DNA of 64,000 nucleotides from assembly GCA_965202585.1 (NCBI GenBank), contig OZ241828.1:61628001-61692000 (forward strand), read 5' to 3'. This stretch comes from Thalia democratica (Eukaryota). Every line of letters starts with the position of its first letter. Within the stretch, counting starts at the first letter, position 1. Below the pieces are notes generated by a model. The model made no database searches. It had not been told where the DNA came from and saw nothing but the letters and a program-made list of their open reading frames with translations. Both the position numbers and the translations under genes were made by a program. This document shows positions 37,541 through 51,500 of this stretch, piece by piece.

Positions 37541-37737
37541 TTGTTTAGGCAACCAAATTATTATTAATAAATTTATTGGATGATTAGGTTTTTGGATTTA
37601 AGTTTGAGGGGCTTAAGCATTTGTAATTGCTTATAAATTGTTTGGGCAAACAAATTAATATTAATAAATTTATTGGATAATTTGATTTTTAGATTTAAGT
37701 TTGAGGGCTTAAGAACTTGTAATTGCTTATAAAATTG
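37541..37737. repeat. Two-copy tandem duplication, ~97 bp unit
   Basis: TTGTTT(A/G)GGCAA.CAAATT...AATAAATTTATTGGAT...GATTTAAGTTTGAGGG...TTGTAATTGCTTATAAA occurs twice in tandem. Confidence 0.8.
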
Positions 37738-39242
37738 AAAATTTTTGAGGTTTCAAATGAATTAGACAAAGTCAGTTGGCTTAATTCAATAAATATAACA
37801 AAAGCAGCTGTAATGTATGTGTCCAACTATATTGTGTTAAAGAATGAAAGCTGTTTTTATCTGTGTATTTGGGGTAGAAACAAAAACACTTACTTTTTTT
37901 TTAATCTTGACTTATAATTTTAATTTAATTTGTGAACCAAAGCAGCTATAATTTTAATATTTGTATTAATTATAAATTGTTTTTGTAAAAATAGTTTTTT
38001 GCTCTTTGGGTTTTGGGAAAACAGCTGTAGATGTTTTAATCACAATATTAAGTATCCATTAAGTTAAAAGTTTGATTAAAATATGCAGCTGTCAACTTTG
38101 TAAGTGTGAGTAAAACATGTTTCCAAACAACTCTGTCAGAATTTATCATAACTTTACCTACATACTAAATTGATTATTAGTTAAATTAAAGAATTAATTT
38201 TACTTAATTAACATAGAGTAGAAAACACTTATAATATTTATGCTTTTAAATTGTTTTCAGTGATAACTTTTACTACACATTTTATTTTTCTTTAAGTTTT
38301 AGTATGTTTTTTAAAGAGTATATTTACCTGTACAAGATAAAAAAATTAAAAAAAAAATTAAATAACAAAATTCATTCAAAAATGGTTTGAGGTTCCAATA
38401 AACCTATAGTTATAGTGAAAGCAAACTTTATTTCATAATACTAGTATATCTCATTTTGAATCATTATATTTAAAGAGTATTTTAAGTTAGAGTTTTTTTT
38501 TTTTTTTATTACACAACGGTGGAACTTGAATTTATTGCTTTCACTGTTTGTTCACTATTTGTGCTAATTTATAAAAAGTCAGTTTTGTATTATAATTTTA
38601 TCATATGGAAATTGTTTTCAAGTTTCTTAAAGTTAATTTTTATATTAAGCATATTAGTATACACATTGCTCATAAAAGAACTAATTTAAAAATTAACTTA
38701 ATTAAAATTGATATTAAGTATGTCTGTTGAAAAGGCTATCAAATTACAAAGCTTGTAAAGTAAAGTATCATATTTCATTTATTAGTTAATCAAAGTTTAC
38801 TCTATATAAAATTAAGAAGATTAATATTATCAAAGTAGTAGAAAAAACTAAGTGTTATGCTTTAAATTTAGAACACATTTTGAAACAACTCTTTTAAATT
38901 TAAATCTAAAAATGATCACTAAAAAATGATTTACCATAACAAAAAACTTCAACAATTTGGTGATAAGTACAAAACTTTGTATTTCTACAAATATTTCTAT
39001 TTGTAAATATTTATACAACTTTTCTCACATGTCATCCATCTAAATGGAATAATAAATTTATTACAAACTGAAAAATAAACTCATATTTTTATGAATAGTT
39101 AATCATAACTTTAATATAAGCATCAGCTAAAAAAAGTTCTCATTGAACCAAATGTCCAAAAATATTCACACTGGAATTTCAACACTCTTCTAAGTAGCTA
39201 AGAAAAAGCTACAACAAATTAACATAATACAAAGAAACAAAC

Positions 39243-39390
39243 TTCTATTTTTTGGTTTGTCGGGGTACTCATAATCACCGTCATAGGGGTAGTTGTATTC
39301 TGTGCTGTCATAATCGTTGTCATCATAATAGTAACTGCAAGATTGCTGAATGCACAGGCATACTAGCAGTGATAGAATGCACAAATTCAT
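39243..39390 (-). CDS. FGFR: FGFR first coding exon: signal peptide plus acidic Tyr/Asp-rich N-terminus (MNLCILSLLVCLCIQQSCSYYYDDNDYDSTEYNYPYDGDYEYPDKPKNR)
   Basis: ATG at 39390 in AAAATG context, followed by a hydrophobic signal-like stretch. Phase-1 donor A|GTTTGT at 39242 joins in frame to the IgI exon. An upstream acceptor (tttatttacag| ending 39460) gives a 5'UTR part 39391-39459. Confidence 0.8.
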
Positions 39391-42030
39391 TTTGTGTGTG
39401 TATGGGTGGGTCACAATATGTGCTACTGTGTGTGCTTACTTTAATTAAAATTACCTAACCTGTAAATAAATTATGTTTCAATTTTGTTTATAGTACATTT
39501 TTTGTCAGTGTAATTAAATAAATTTTATGTTACAAAACAATTTTACTAGTCACTTGTAAAGATTTGTCAGAAATATATTTGATCAAATGATAATAACAGG
39601 AAACATCAAATAATAAGTAATTTTTTTGGTCAGAATGGCTTTACAAGGTGATGTAAGATTAAAATATACTTTGAAAAAAAGTTCACATAACAAAATTACA
39701 TGCTTCAAAAAATGAGTTTTCAAAATTATATCACAATTGTTGCTCTAAGTTCAAATACTTAAAAAACTTGGTTAAACTATATGAACTAACTTGATCTATA
39801 TACTATATATATCTTATATTGATATGAATAATGTTACTGTAATGACCACAGCTGATTTATACTCAATCAAACTTGTACTTTAATAAAATATATTACTGCA
39901 CAAGTTGGAACTTTTATTTTGCAGAAACAAATTCAAACTTGTTTTACTTTGTTCAAATTACAACTATGAAAATAAAAACTTGTTTTAAAATATGAGGTTT
40001 AAAACTTAATTATTTTATGCAAAACAAACTGCAAATTAATTTAATATAAACAGTGTAGAAGTAAGCACTTTCAACCAAATTAAAAAACTTTATAATGTTA
40101 ATTGAAAACATTTTATACGAGAAATACTAATTTAGTTGACATTTTTGAAGTAATGATTACACTGTTTTTTGTTTTTTTTTTGGTGAAAAAAAATCATTCA
40201 AGTTAGAATTTTTGTTCATAAGTAATATAAATAGAAATGGTGAGAACTTGAAATGGATTAACTTCACTATTAAAAGATATAATTGGTTTTATGTTGATTG
40301 TTTAATTTTCTTATATCTAAAAAAGTGCTTCATATTAAAAAATCATATTTACTTCAATTTTTTAATGTTTAGATGCTTTTACTGCACACCATTGATTTAA
40401 ACTATGTCGTATTTGTTTAGCTTTTATTTCTGAATACTAGCTATGAAAACATTTAAGTTTGTATTTCCCTAACTTGTTTACCTTACTGCAATTTATTACA
40501 ACTGAAAGCAACTTGGTAACAAAAGGTTTTATCTTCTCAACAATAGTAAAGTAAAAGCTCAAGCTAAAGTAGTAAGATGCAAAAAGCCAGAATGGCCACA
40601 ACAAATATTTTCAACTCTCAAGAGATAATGTATAGGAGACAGAAAACATCTTTGGCTCACTTTCTTTCTTTGCTCTTTTTTTTTTGCTCTGTGCCGCTTC
40701 GAGCGGTTACCGAACAAGGTAGCTAGTCTTACAAATCTTATGAGTTTTATAAAGTTTACGAGCGGATTTTAATTTAAGTAACAATTTAAAGGTAAACCGT
40801 TTTGTAAACTATAACGATACTAAGTTTTTTAATCAGTAGATTAAAATCTAGTATCTTACTACGTAATTTTTTTTAAACAGTATTTAATTATAATTAGATG
40901 AGTTAAGTAGTTTAGTTTAGTTGTTCGTTATCGGTGGATTAAAACTTTTATTTTTTATCTATCTTAATTGCGATAATTTATTTATTACTATATAGTTTTA
41001 AAACAAAATTGCACACGTTTTTTTTCCAAAAACCTTATATAACTTGTAAAAGCTTATACTTTCTATTTAACAATTTTAATTTGACAAAAACCCCAAAAAA
41101 AAAAGAGTCTGCTGTAGTTAAATTGTGTATGCTTGCAATTGTTTGACAACAAATAGGTACAAAGCTCTACAATCGAAAACTCAAACTTTATATATGATTT
41201 TTTTAAACAATTTTTAGTTCTACCGATAAAAAACTTGATACAAATTTTCTTTAGATAAAATCAAAACTTTGTGTATTACAAACTAAGGGAGAGTTTTTTT
41301 TAAATAAATATATAGATTTAATGTATAAATTTGCAACAAATATTTTTGGTCATTTGAATACAAACTTAAACGTAAAAAAAAACAAAGTTTTGACTTTTTT
41401 TAAACTTTCTAAAAAGTATTACTTAATCTTAAATTGCATGTTAAAAAGCAAACTAATAGCTTAGCGTAAATTGTGAAAACTGTTAAAAGGGTAGTGTTTG
41501 AGACTGATGTTTATTTACCATAAAAAAGTATACATTCAACAGCTTTTTAAGGAAAGTTATAAAACCGCAGAAACTAATTTAAAATATATCATGCTGGTAA
41601 AAAATAATTCACAATTAGAAAAGGTATATTTAGTTTTCAAAAACACTGAATTATTTTAGTCGTCAATAACAAAAAAGGTGAAACTTAAATTTTATAAACT
41701 TAAAGCTGTCAACAAAAAGAAAACGATAACTACATTAACTCTATCATTAATTAGGTTTAATAAAGTCGAAGATTAATATTGTTAAACAAAAAACTAAAAT
41801 TATGCTTGAACGCTTTTATTAGCGTATTTCGATGTTTTAAGTAATCTGTCGATTACTAGCCAACATAAATAATTAAGTATTAAGCAGATGTCATAAGCTT
41901 TTTATTTACTTCGCTTGTCCAAATTCGCCGCTATAACGGAAAATGTTCGTGTTTTTCTTATGCTCTGTCTGTGGCATATGAACTATTATAAACAAATATG
42001 CTTTCAATTGTTGCTGCAAAGGTTTTGAAC

Positions 42031-42070
42031 ATATATATATATATATATATTTGAAGTATATATATATATA
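42031..42070. repeat. (AT)n microsatellite, interrupted
   Basis: (AT)10, TTGAAG, (TA)7. Confidence 0.9.
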
Positions 42071-45000
42071 TCTTTTTTAATTGTGCTTAAATTTTTGATA
42101 ACCTATATATGTTTGAATAACCAATACATTTAAATTAAAGTTAATTAAGTTTTTATGTAACTACCACTAAAAACTGACCAATAACTAAAAAAACTTTTAA
42201 TATGATATAAAAAAATCTTTTAACCAATATAAAAATTGATTCAAATAATATACTTTACATTTTAGAACCTATAAAAATGCACTGTTTTATGTTGAAACAA
42301 AGTTTGTGTTTATTAAAAACAAAATAGTTTAAATAAAAAATATTTGATCAAAGTACAAAAGCTCAAGACAATAACAAACAAAGTAAGCTAATAAAGTACT
42401 TAAAAACAAGTTGTTTTTCATAATTTTCAAGTAATAAATGTCAACACATCTATAAGCTACAAATTATACATTTTTAATGCTACAAACTATTTAGTAAAAA
42501 TATTTTTCTTCCTTTTATACTAATTAAGTTAGTTAAGCAAATATTTTAAAAATAAGTAATACAAATTGAATAGTCTAAAATTTAAAGAATAATTAGTGTC
42601 TGTAGTATTTTGTATATATTTGTAGTATTTGTCAAGTTGCTGTAAACTTTATGCATAAGAAAGAGTTTTAAGTATTTAATAACATTTCTTAAATAAATAA
42701 AAACTCGAAGTAAATTATTTCCGAAAAGAAACAGAAAAATTAACTAAAAAAAAATCGTGAAATAATCATAAATAAATTATTATTAATATAATTATACACT
42801 TTTTGTTTACTGCAGTATCAAAGTATTGCTTGAGTAAATATAACTTTTCAAAAATAATACAAACTGTAAATTTTTGACTTATGTATAAGTATAACAAATC
42901 TGCCTTGATATAAGTCTTAATGTAAGCGTATGACGAGTCTAGCATCTACCTAAACAAACTTTTATTCTTAACTGAATTTACAGTTAACATAAAATCTGTA
43001 CAGCTCATTTTGTTTTGTTTTTCAAGTGTAAGGTTGTTTCTACAAGAACGGATATAATAGTTTCAAATTTTGCATTTAGTAATTAGCACAACTCCGACTT
43101 TAATAATGAAAAGAACAAATAAAAACTGAAATCTAAAAATAAATGAGTTACATAAGTTATGAAAAGCAAATTAAATAAACAGAATTAGCTAAAACTAATT
43201 TAGTTTTTCAAACGTTTGTTTAAAACAGCCCGAAACTTTATATTAAATTAAATCATTCCACTATTAAATTCAAAAACAACGAAGAAACTCAAACAAATTA
43301 AATACTATAAATAAAACACAAACTTCAACAAATTGAATTTTACAAGAGTTAAAAATAGCAGCATGCGATATTGCGCAGTTCGATATATGACGCATTCTAA
43401 CTCTTGCAAACCATCTGTTAACTTTTGCTATCTGTTGCTCAGATACGATTTCTCTTGTAAAAAAAGAGAAATTTCGCCTCGCTTTTTTCATAAAACTTTA
43501 AGAAGTTTTTTTATTGTGTAAGAATTTGAGTATTTTAGTTTAATAAAATCAAAATAAAATTTTGCTTACACAACTTATTTACGAGATATTATACTTGTTA
43601 AGAAACTTTATAAAAAAATTCCATAAGTTTTGATTAAATTCCATATGTAAATTTTATTAATAATATACAACTAAGCATGTAATTTATTAATTTTATTTAC
43701 ACACTTTACATACTTTCTAATACGAAATACAAATACGACTAATATTAAATGTAAATAATATTAAGTAGCATTAAATTTAATTACGAAATAAAAGTTAATT
43801 TTCTTAAGTTTAGGTAAACAAAAGAGTATGTACCTAAAAAATAACTCTGAGATTGTATGCTTAGAAAACATGCCCACAGATAATTTAAATACTAAGGTTT
43901 TTAATCGAAAAATGTTATTTATTATAATTTTATTTGAATTGACACCTACTAGACATACATCCTTTTGGAAAAGTTACAAAGATGTACATAAAAATATACG
44001 TCTACTTAGACGCTGTTTAAATAATAATATTTCTAATTTACAACTTATCTTTTTAAAATTTGCAAAATGAAATTCTTTTGCAAGTAACACAGTTTAACCT
44101 CAGTTCTGCTAACTATATAGCATCCTAAAATGATAAATAAAATTTTTACAGTCGTAGCTTGAAAAAAATTCTTATAATCGTTTTTACTTTATAAAATTTA
44201 AATCGATATATCTTTGTTAAGTATCTTAAAGTATAATTTAATTACATTTATTAAGTATTATTTTCATTTTTTCATGCCCTAAAGTATTATTTCTAGATAA
44301 TTATTTTTAATCATATCAAACTAGAAGTCTAGCAAGAAAATTGAAAAAAAATATTTTATCTAAAAAGAATGTAAGTAAGGAAGCATCATAATAAGCTTTT
44401 CCGCTCTGGTTAGTAGTTTTGACACTTTTAAAAAATAAAATACAACTTCCTACTTTGCATAATTCAATTTAACAAAAGAGCCGGAACGTTTTAAAGTGTA
44501 CTGAAGTATGCATTATTGAAAACAACTTAGCTAATTGAAGTTATGCCTTAAAGTTTAAATAAAAAAACTGCTATATGCAAATTTTAAATTAATTGTGTTT
44601 GTAATGTCTGAAGCAACAAAGGTATTTTGCGTATTTCTCATTTTAGTACAGCTTTGTTAATGATTAAAATAATATTAAAAAAACTGGTGTCTTATTTTTA
44701 AGCATAAATTAAAAAAAAACACAAGAGTATATTATAAATAAGTGCAAAAATTTTATAAAATAAAGCTAAAATAAAATAATTTATTATATCAATCAAAAAA
44801 AAAAGTGTGTTCTTACAATTTTGAGTTTTATTAAATCAAGAAAAAAAAAGTAAAATATGTCTAAACTGTCGAACTCACTAGTTAAATACTTTGTGAATGA
44901 ACAATCAAAATAAGCGTTGTATTTATGCTCAAATTAGTTATTTTTTTCCTAATATTGTTTTAAGTTAAAATATAATCATAAGACCTAATACTTTGCAATA

Positions 45001-48000
45001 AACAAAAAAGAAACTTATACTTTTGTTAGCATAAACATCATATTTTAATCGTACGGATGTTTTTAAACCTTATGCAGCCAATATTGTTTTTAACCTTATT
45101 CGGACAATATTGTTGTTGAATTTCGTTTTAATATGCCTACAAACAACATTCCTCAAAAATATTATCTCAAGAATAATAAATAATTAAGTTTACAGTAAAA
45201 AGGTTATGAAGAAATTTATAAAATTAAAAAACAAGGCTTTTCACTTTTAGTTTTTCATTGGACATCTCTTTAATTACTTTTTCATAGTTCTTTTCAATTT
45301 AAAATTTGATTATTAATAAACTTCGCTACATTTTCTAATTAAAGAAAAGTTTTAGTAGCTAAGAATAATTTTCTGAGGTATTACTACTTTACGACACTTG
45401 ATAAAGGTTTTAGTGAAAATGTAATAATGAACTTATTTGCATTTGATTGATCAAAAAAAACTTTCGAAAGTAATAGAATAATAAATAAAATTTTGAATAA
45501 AGTTATTTTAACAACTTTTAAAGACCTAATAGTTTATAATAATGATTTTATTTATTTACGAAATAGAGAATTATATTTAAACATCAACAACATGCTTATA
45601 TTTTCAAAACTATCATAAGAAAAAATATATACAAAAAAAACACAACACAAACGTTTTTAGTAAGGAACTTAATTACTATTTAAATTTTGACGTAAGCTTT
45701 ACCTTTGATTTTAAGTATTAAACTAAAAGTTTACAAACAGTTAAATATATTAAAATTAGTAACCAAAGTCCACTCAAACTTTAATAAGAACTATAACTTA
45801 AGCATTATTATTGTTATTTTCAAAAACTTTTACATCGTTTCATCTTAAAACAAAATGAAAAAAACTAAACTCATACTAATAATAAAAAACTTAACACTTG
45901 AGTTTTGAACATAACATTTGTACCTGTTGCTTTGAAGTTTTTTCAGTGTAATCTAAAAAGTTAAGAAAAACTTCTATTAGCTAATAAGATACATTTTTAA
46001 TGTTTATATAACACTTTTTTACATTCAAAAAGAAAAACTTTATTACTCACATTTATTTTACTTAATACTTTATCAAAAACAACAAAATAACGATTAACCA
46101 TAAAAGTAATTGAAACTGTATTCAAATTTCAAAAGCAATCTTAGTTTAATTACGAAAACAAATTCAAAATCTACTTTTTATTTGTTTAAATTGTTACGTT
46201 AACAATTAGTTTTTCTTCTTTATAATGTAAGTAATACAAGTTCTACTCAAGCCTTTTATAACCAATTGAAAAACGATCAGAATACTGTTTTGTAAATCTT
46301 GTACACAAATTTAGTTTAAAAACAACGTAAATAACTTTTCTGTTTCACCTATAGAGGCAATACAAAATCTATTCAAATAAACAATCTAAGTTAGCTAACA
46401 AAAACAATTTTCATTTTGTTTTAGTAAAACCTACGCCTTATAACCAAAATAAGTTATGTACTTCACTATAAAAGAAACTCTTCTCAAATGAGAAACAGAA
46501 GTTCAACCCAGCTTTTTTATACACGAATTTTTATTGATTACATCCTGTACATACGACGTAACCTTACACCTGCTATGCTATGTGTTTGCGAGGCAATAAA
46601 CAGTTTTACACGCAGAATGTAGATTGATTATAAAAGTGTAAAGTTTTATTATTTGATTTATTGATCACATATGTATGTTTTTATGATGTGTTTCATAACA
46701 GTCTAGCTTAGAAGTTTGTATAACGGCGTTTGAACTCATTCTAGAAAACATTAATTACGTTCGAAAAAAAGTTTATCTATTCTATAACAAAAAAATTAAG
46801 GCCCCTATGCTATATTTACTTTAAATTCAATATATATTGCTTGGAATACTTAGAGTTTTTCAAAAAGCATAGAAAACAAGTAATAAAAAGGTTATAATTT
46901 CCAATTTCCATTGTTTCTTATGTTTATTTTCCGTTGTAATTCCTTATAAATATTTTCAAATGTCCAAGAAATAAAAAGTGATAAACTTGTTCATTATATT
47001 ACCACAAATTAAGTTATATTAAAACTTTAGTGTGTGGTTAAAAACAAATTTATATAAAAAACACTGCTATGAAAATTTCCTTTAGTTTCTTAAAAATTAA
47101 TAATTAAAGTCGTAGAACTTTAGTTCGTTTTAAAATTTATGGATGTTTTATTATAAAAAGCATAAAACTGTATACTATTTCCAACATGTGTGTAAATATT
47201 ACGACTTGATTTATAGATGTCGTGTATAAAATGTAAGGTGAAAAAGTGTTTTATAACTGTCTAGTTGAAGTTTTATGTAATATTTTTACTGGTAAAACTT
47301 AAGTTTGAACTAATAGTACCAGACACAGTACAGCAATCTTTCTTTAAAAAATCGGTTTCATACTTCTATATTTTTCTAAAAATTCTAACGAGTATTAATG
47401 AGCATTTTAAACTAGAAAATTTATACGTTAGTTATTACAATAAGAATTAGACTAAGTTAGAACTTATTAAGTTATGAATAAATCTTTAAAACTTTGATAA
47501 ATACAAGTATTTTTTATGAACAAGTTTTTGAAAACAATTTTAATTAAAGTACATTATAAACATAAGCAGTTATATTACAACTACTTAAAAAGTAGATAGT
47601 TTTAAACTACTTTTTTTTTTTACTTTTTAGTATATTGTTTACTGATTTATGAAAAAAGCGCTCAAAATAATTATTCCTAAGACCTGGTTTACAAAAAAAA
47701 CTTTCGGTTACCGAATCATACACCACAAGTAGCTTTGCTATTAATTATGAATAAAAAAACACTTATTTAAAACCTTAAAATGAAAAAAAAAAGAACTAGC
47801 AAGGTTAAATAAGAAAAAAACATTAACTCTAATAAGTTAGAAAAAGTAGTTTGAGATAAAATTCTTTAACAGTTACGTGATTTTTGTTTTTATTTCTGCT
47901 CACACAAGTAGTTATATTCTCACGTATGTTTCGCCTTCTTTGCAAAAAATTTAACATTTTTTGATTGGTTTAAACCGAATTAATTGAAGAACCATGATTG

Positions 48001-48513
48001 GACAATAGTTGATGTTTAAGTTGCATAATAAGTTGGCAATTTTTTATAAATATTTTTATTTAGTAAATTACGCATTTGTTGTCTGGTTTGATTTTGTTGA
48101 ATTTAAGATTAATTTTTACTTAAAAAACTACAAATAGTAAAGTAAATTTTAACTAGGTTTTTAATGTAAATTTAGGTAGATTTTGAATAAGCTGTGAAAT
48201 TAGTTTTTTGGTTTTGAAAACAATAAAGTTTTTAGATCATAATATTAATTTCTTATAGTTTATTAAACACAATACCAGTGCAAATATGATGAAAACCTAA
48301 GATATTTTTTAAGGTTCTGTAAATATTTAAGTCAAGTTTAATCAATAAAGCTTTATCAAAAGTATTTAAAGCAAATAGTTTTGAGGGTACCGGTCAAATA
48401 TCAAGCTACTTTAATGTGAATCTTTTAAAGAATGCATTGATAATAAAAGCGTTTTTATGTTGTCTTATTTTTCGTATAAGTTATGTTAAAATTACGTTTT
48501 TTGCTTCAACGTT

Positions 48514-48515
<2 letters not shown>

Positions 48516-48544
<29 letters not shown>

Positions 48545-48560
48545 CGAACTGAACTGAACT
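48516..48560. repeat. (AT)n microsatellite followed by (GAACT)3
   Basis: Seen directly in the sequence. Confidence 0.9.
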
Positions 48561-51500
48561 AAAAATTTCTGAATACTATTTAATTTTTAAGTTAAAAGTT
48601 TAAGTGAAACACATTTAATTGTACACTAAACTGTATGTACAAGTTTTAAAGGGCTAATATTCATAGATTAAAACGAAACTAAGTTGAAAAACCTCTGTTC
48701 ACTCTTTAAAAAATATTTTAGAAAATAACAAAACGTTTTTTGTTTAGAGGTTGTTTTGTATTTGTAAGTAAAATAAATTTCTAAAAAAAAGTATTTTTTG
48801 TTTTTTCAGCGTAAGTTTTTTTACATACATGTATGTATATGCTTGAAAAAAAGAAAGCTGTTTAGTCATATTTAAACTTTAAAATTACTTAATATTAGTC
48901 AAAAACAAACAAAAAAAACCAAAAATTTCTATACAAATCAGTCGTATAAAACTTATTTGTTTTTTTAGTTTAGCAAAAACATAGTTTAGATATGAAGACA
49001 AACTCTATGAACTTTTAGCTAGATAAAAATGTTTGTAAAAAATTAAAAACTTTTGTAACAATAATTATATGCCTTAAAAAGTTATTTTATAGTAAATTAA
49101 ACAAGCCTTTTACAACAAATACTAAAACTATAAGAAAACTACCAAAAAAAAAAACAAACAAAGTAAGGCTCTTAAAAATTCAAACAATTTTTAGACTTTA
49201 ATTATAACTAATTATTAAAATACTACTTATAAAAACTAGTTTTTTATTGTTGCTTAAAAAGGTCGCAATTTTTTCGCACCGAAACCGGTCGCAAATGAAA
49301 TATTTAACTCTATTTTTACTCTATTTAAATACACTACTTACAAAAATTAGTTGTAGCAAGACCAAAACATTTAAGCCATATGTTTACCAAAATATAAAAC
49401 AACTTGTAGACCTAATTGAGTACTTTAAATTATAGCTATAGGGCATTAGTTTAAATTTGATTAAATGATTTCTTAGAAGTTCTCAGATTAGCTTATTTTA
49501 AAAAAATATTTTATTGTACATTGTTGTGTTAGCACGATGAACAATACTAAGAAATACATATAAATTTTGGCAGGTATGAAGTTGGTTTACTGCAAATTTA
49601 AAATGTAGTCTTTTACTACTAGTTTGAAAAAATATAACCGCTAGAGCGCGACACACGAACATATTATTTAGTAATTATGTATCAATATGTATATTGTGTT
49701 AGAGAGTATATTTTGCGGTTACAAAAAGTAAAAAAATAACCAGATTAAAAGTTATAATAAGTCTTTTATTTTGTTTACTTACTTCAATTAGTTTCAGAGT
49801 AAAAAGTACTAGGGACAAAAGTCTTGAAGCTAGTTGTAAATTAAAGTTGCGTAGATTGTCTAAGCTATTTTTTTAATGGTTTTTTGCTTAATCGTAAAGG
49901 GTTATCATACTTTGATTTTAATATTGTTTTATATATTTAAGAAACTTTAAAATCTTTAAATTATATAAAAACCTTAGCATTTCATATTTTAACATGTTGA
50001 GATATTTCCTAACAGCCTTTTGGTTTTTTTACATCTAAAAGTGTACCAGGGTAAGTTCAGAAAGTTATTTTTGAGAATTAGGTGACGAAAGAGTGTCAGG
50101 ATAATGATTTGCTTCCCTGATAATTCGGGTTTCGGTTTGGGGGAAGTCAATTGTTAAACTGATTCGCTTTCGTTCGCCGCATTCAACACGGCATTGTAGG
50201 AAGAAACTGTAATGTGTGTATTGCTCAGATTGAGTTTTGTTAAGGGGTAGAAGTGTTCCACAATCAACAATTCTAAGTTATAAACTTTTCAGTAAAAATG
50301 CCTTTGAATAGAAGCTAAAATTTTTAGTTGTATAAAATAAAAAAGATAATAAAATATTAAAGGTAGTAAATTTTGACATTTATTGTATTATGAATAGATA
50401 AAGTAGCTACAAAAGTATAGTCTACGTGAAAAATTGATTGTTTAGTATATTTAAAATGAATGACATATAGAATGTTTAAAACAGTTGTATTTTTCAAAAC
50501 TTCTTCAAAAAAGCTTCAAGAATGATTTTTAAACAAACATTGATATTTTTTCCAAATGTAATTCTGTATTAATGAGTATAAATCTAATACAATATAGCAC
50601 ACTATATTATAAATGAAAGCCAAAAGGAAGTTTTAGTTTTTGTATGTAAAGCACAGTAAGCTAAGAAGAAATAAAGAACTGCAAATTTTAAGAATTTTTC
50701 GATTTTGTTTTAAGGCTTCGTTTTCTTTAAAAATATATAACTAGAAAATGAGAGACTTTGACAAAAACGAATTATTTCAAAAATGCTTCTAAAAGTACTT
50801 TCAATCACCGTAAATTTCGGAAGAAGTTTTGGTAAGTTTGAACTGCTTGAACTATAGTACTTTGTAAGTTGCTGTAAAAGTAAAACATTAAAACACTAAA
50901 TATAATTTCGTAAAAAAAATTGAAAATTTCAAGTTTGTGATTGCTTAATACTACCTTATGCTACTAATTTGAAATGTAAAATATCTTATCATTTTTATTT
51001 TGACTTAATTACTTTTGACGGTTAAGAACTAATTATTTATAAGAAGTATTGTTTTTGCCGATAAATGTTGATCATGATCTAAGTTTTTAATCAAAAAATA
51101 TATTTAAACAACTGAAGCTTTGTAAGTTTTTGTAGTTATAAGTAAAAAAATGCTTAAGTTCATATTGAACACTTAAACGAAAATATTGATCAGCTCATTA
51201 TTCAACCAGTTTTTTAAAAGTACAAAATAAAATTTGCTCTTTCAGTTTTTTCTACCCTTAAATTTTTTATACTTAAAGAGCATTTAGTAATTTATTAACT
51301 ATTAAATATACAAGTTAAAAAAAGGCTGTATTAAGAAATTGTTTAGCCAAGAAATTTGTTAAGTTTAAATGTAAAAAATTAATTAAAAAAGCTGTTGAAA
51401 ACTCAAACCAACACTTTTTAAGCTATTTAAAAAATATATTTACCTTAGGATACAGACAATAAAAAACTAATACTTTTATTTTTATTTTTTATTTGAGAAG

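Noticed and set aside
1890-39390. Calling the gene FGFRL1 (kinase-less)
   Set aside because: The juxtamembrane exon ends in PFDEKWEISK with a phase-2 donor, the pattern preceding an FGFR kinase domain, which would lie left of the window.
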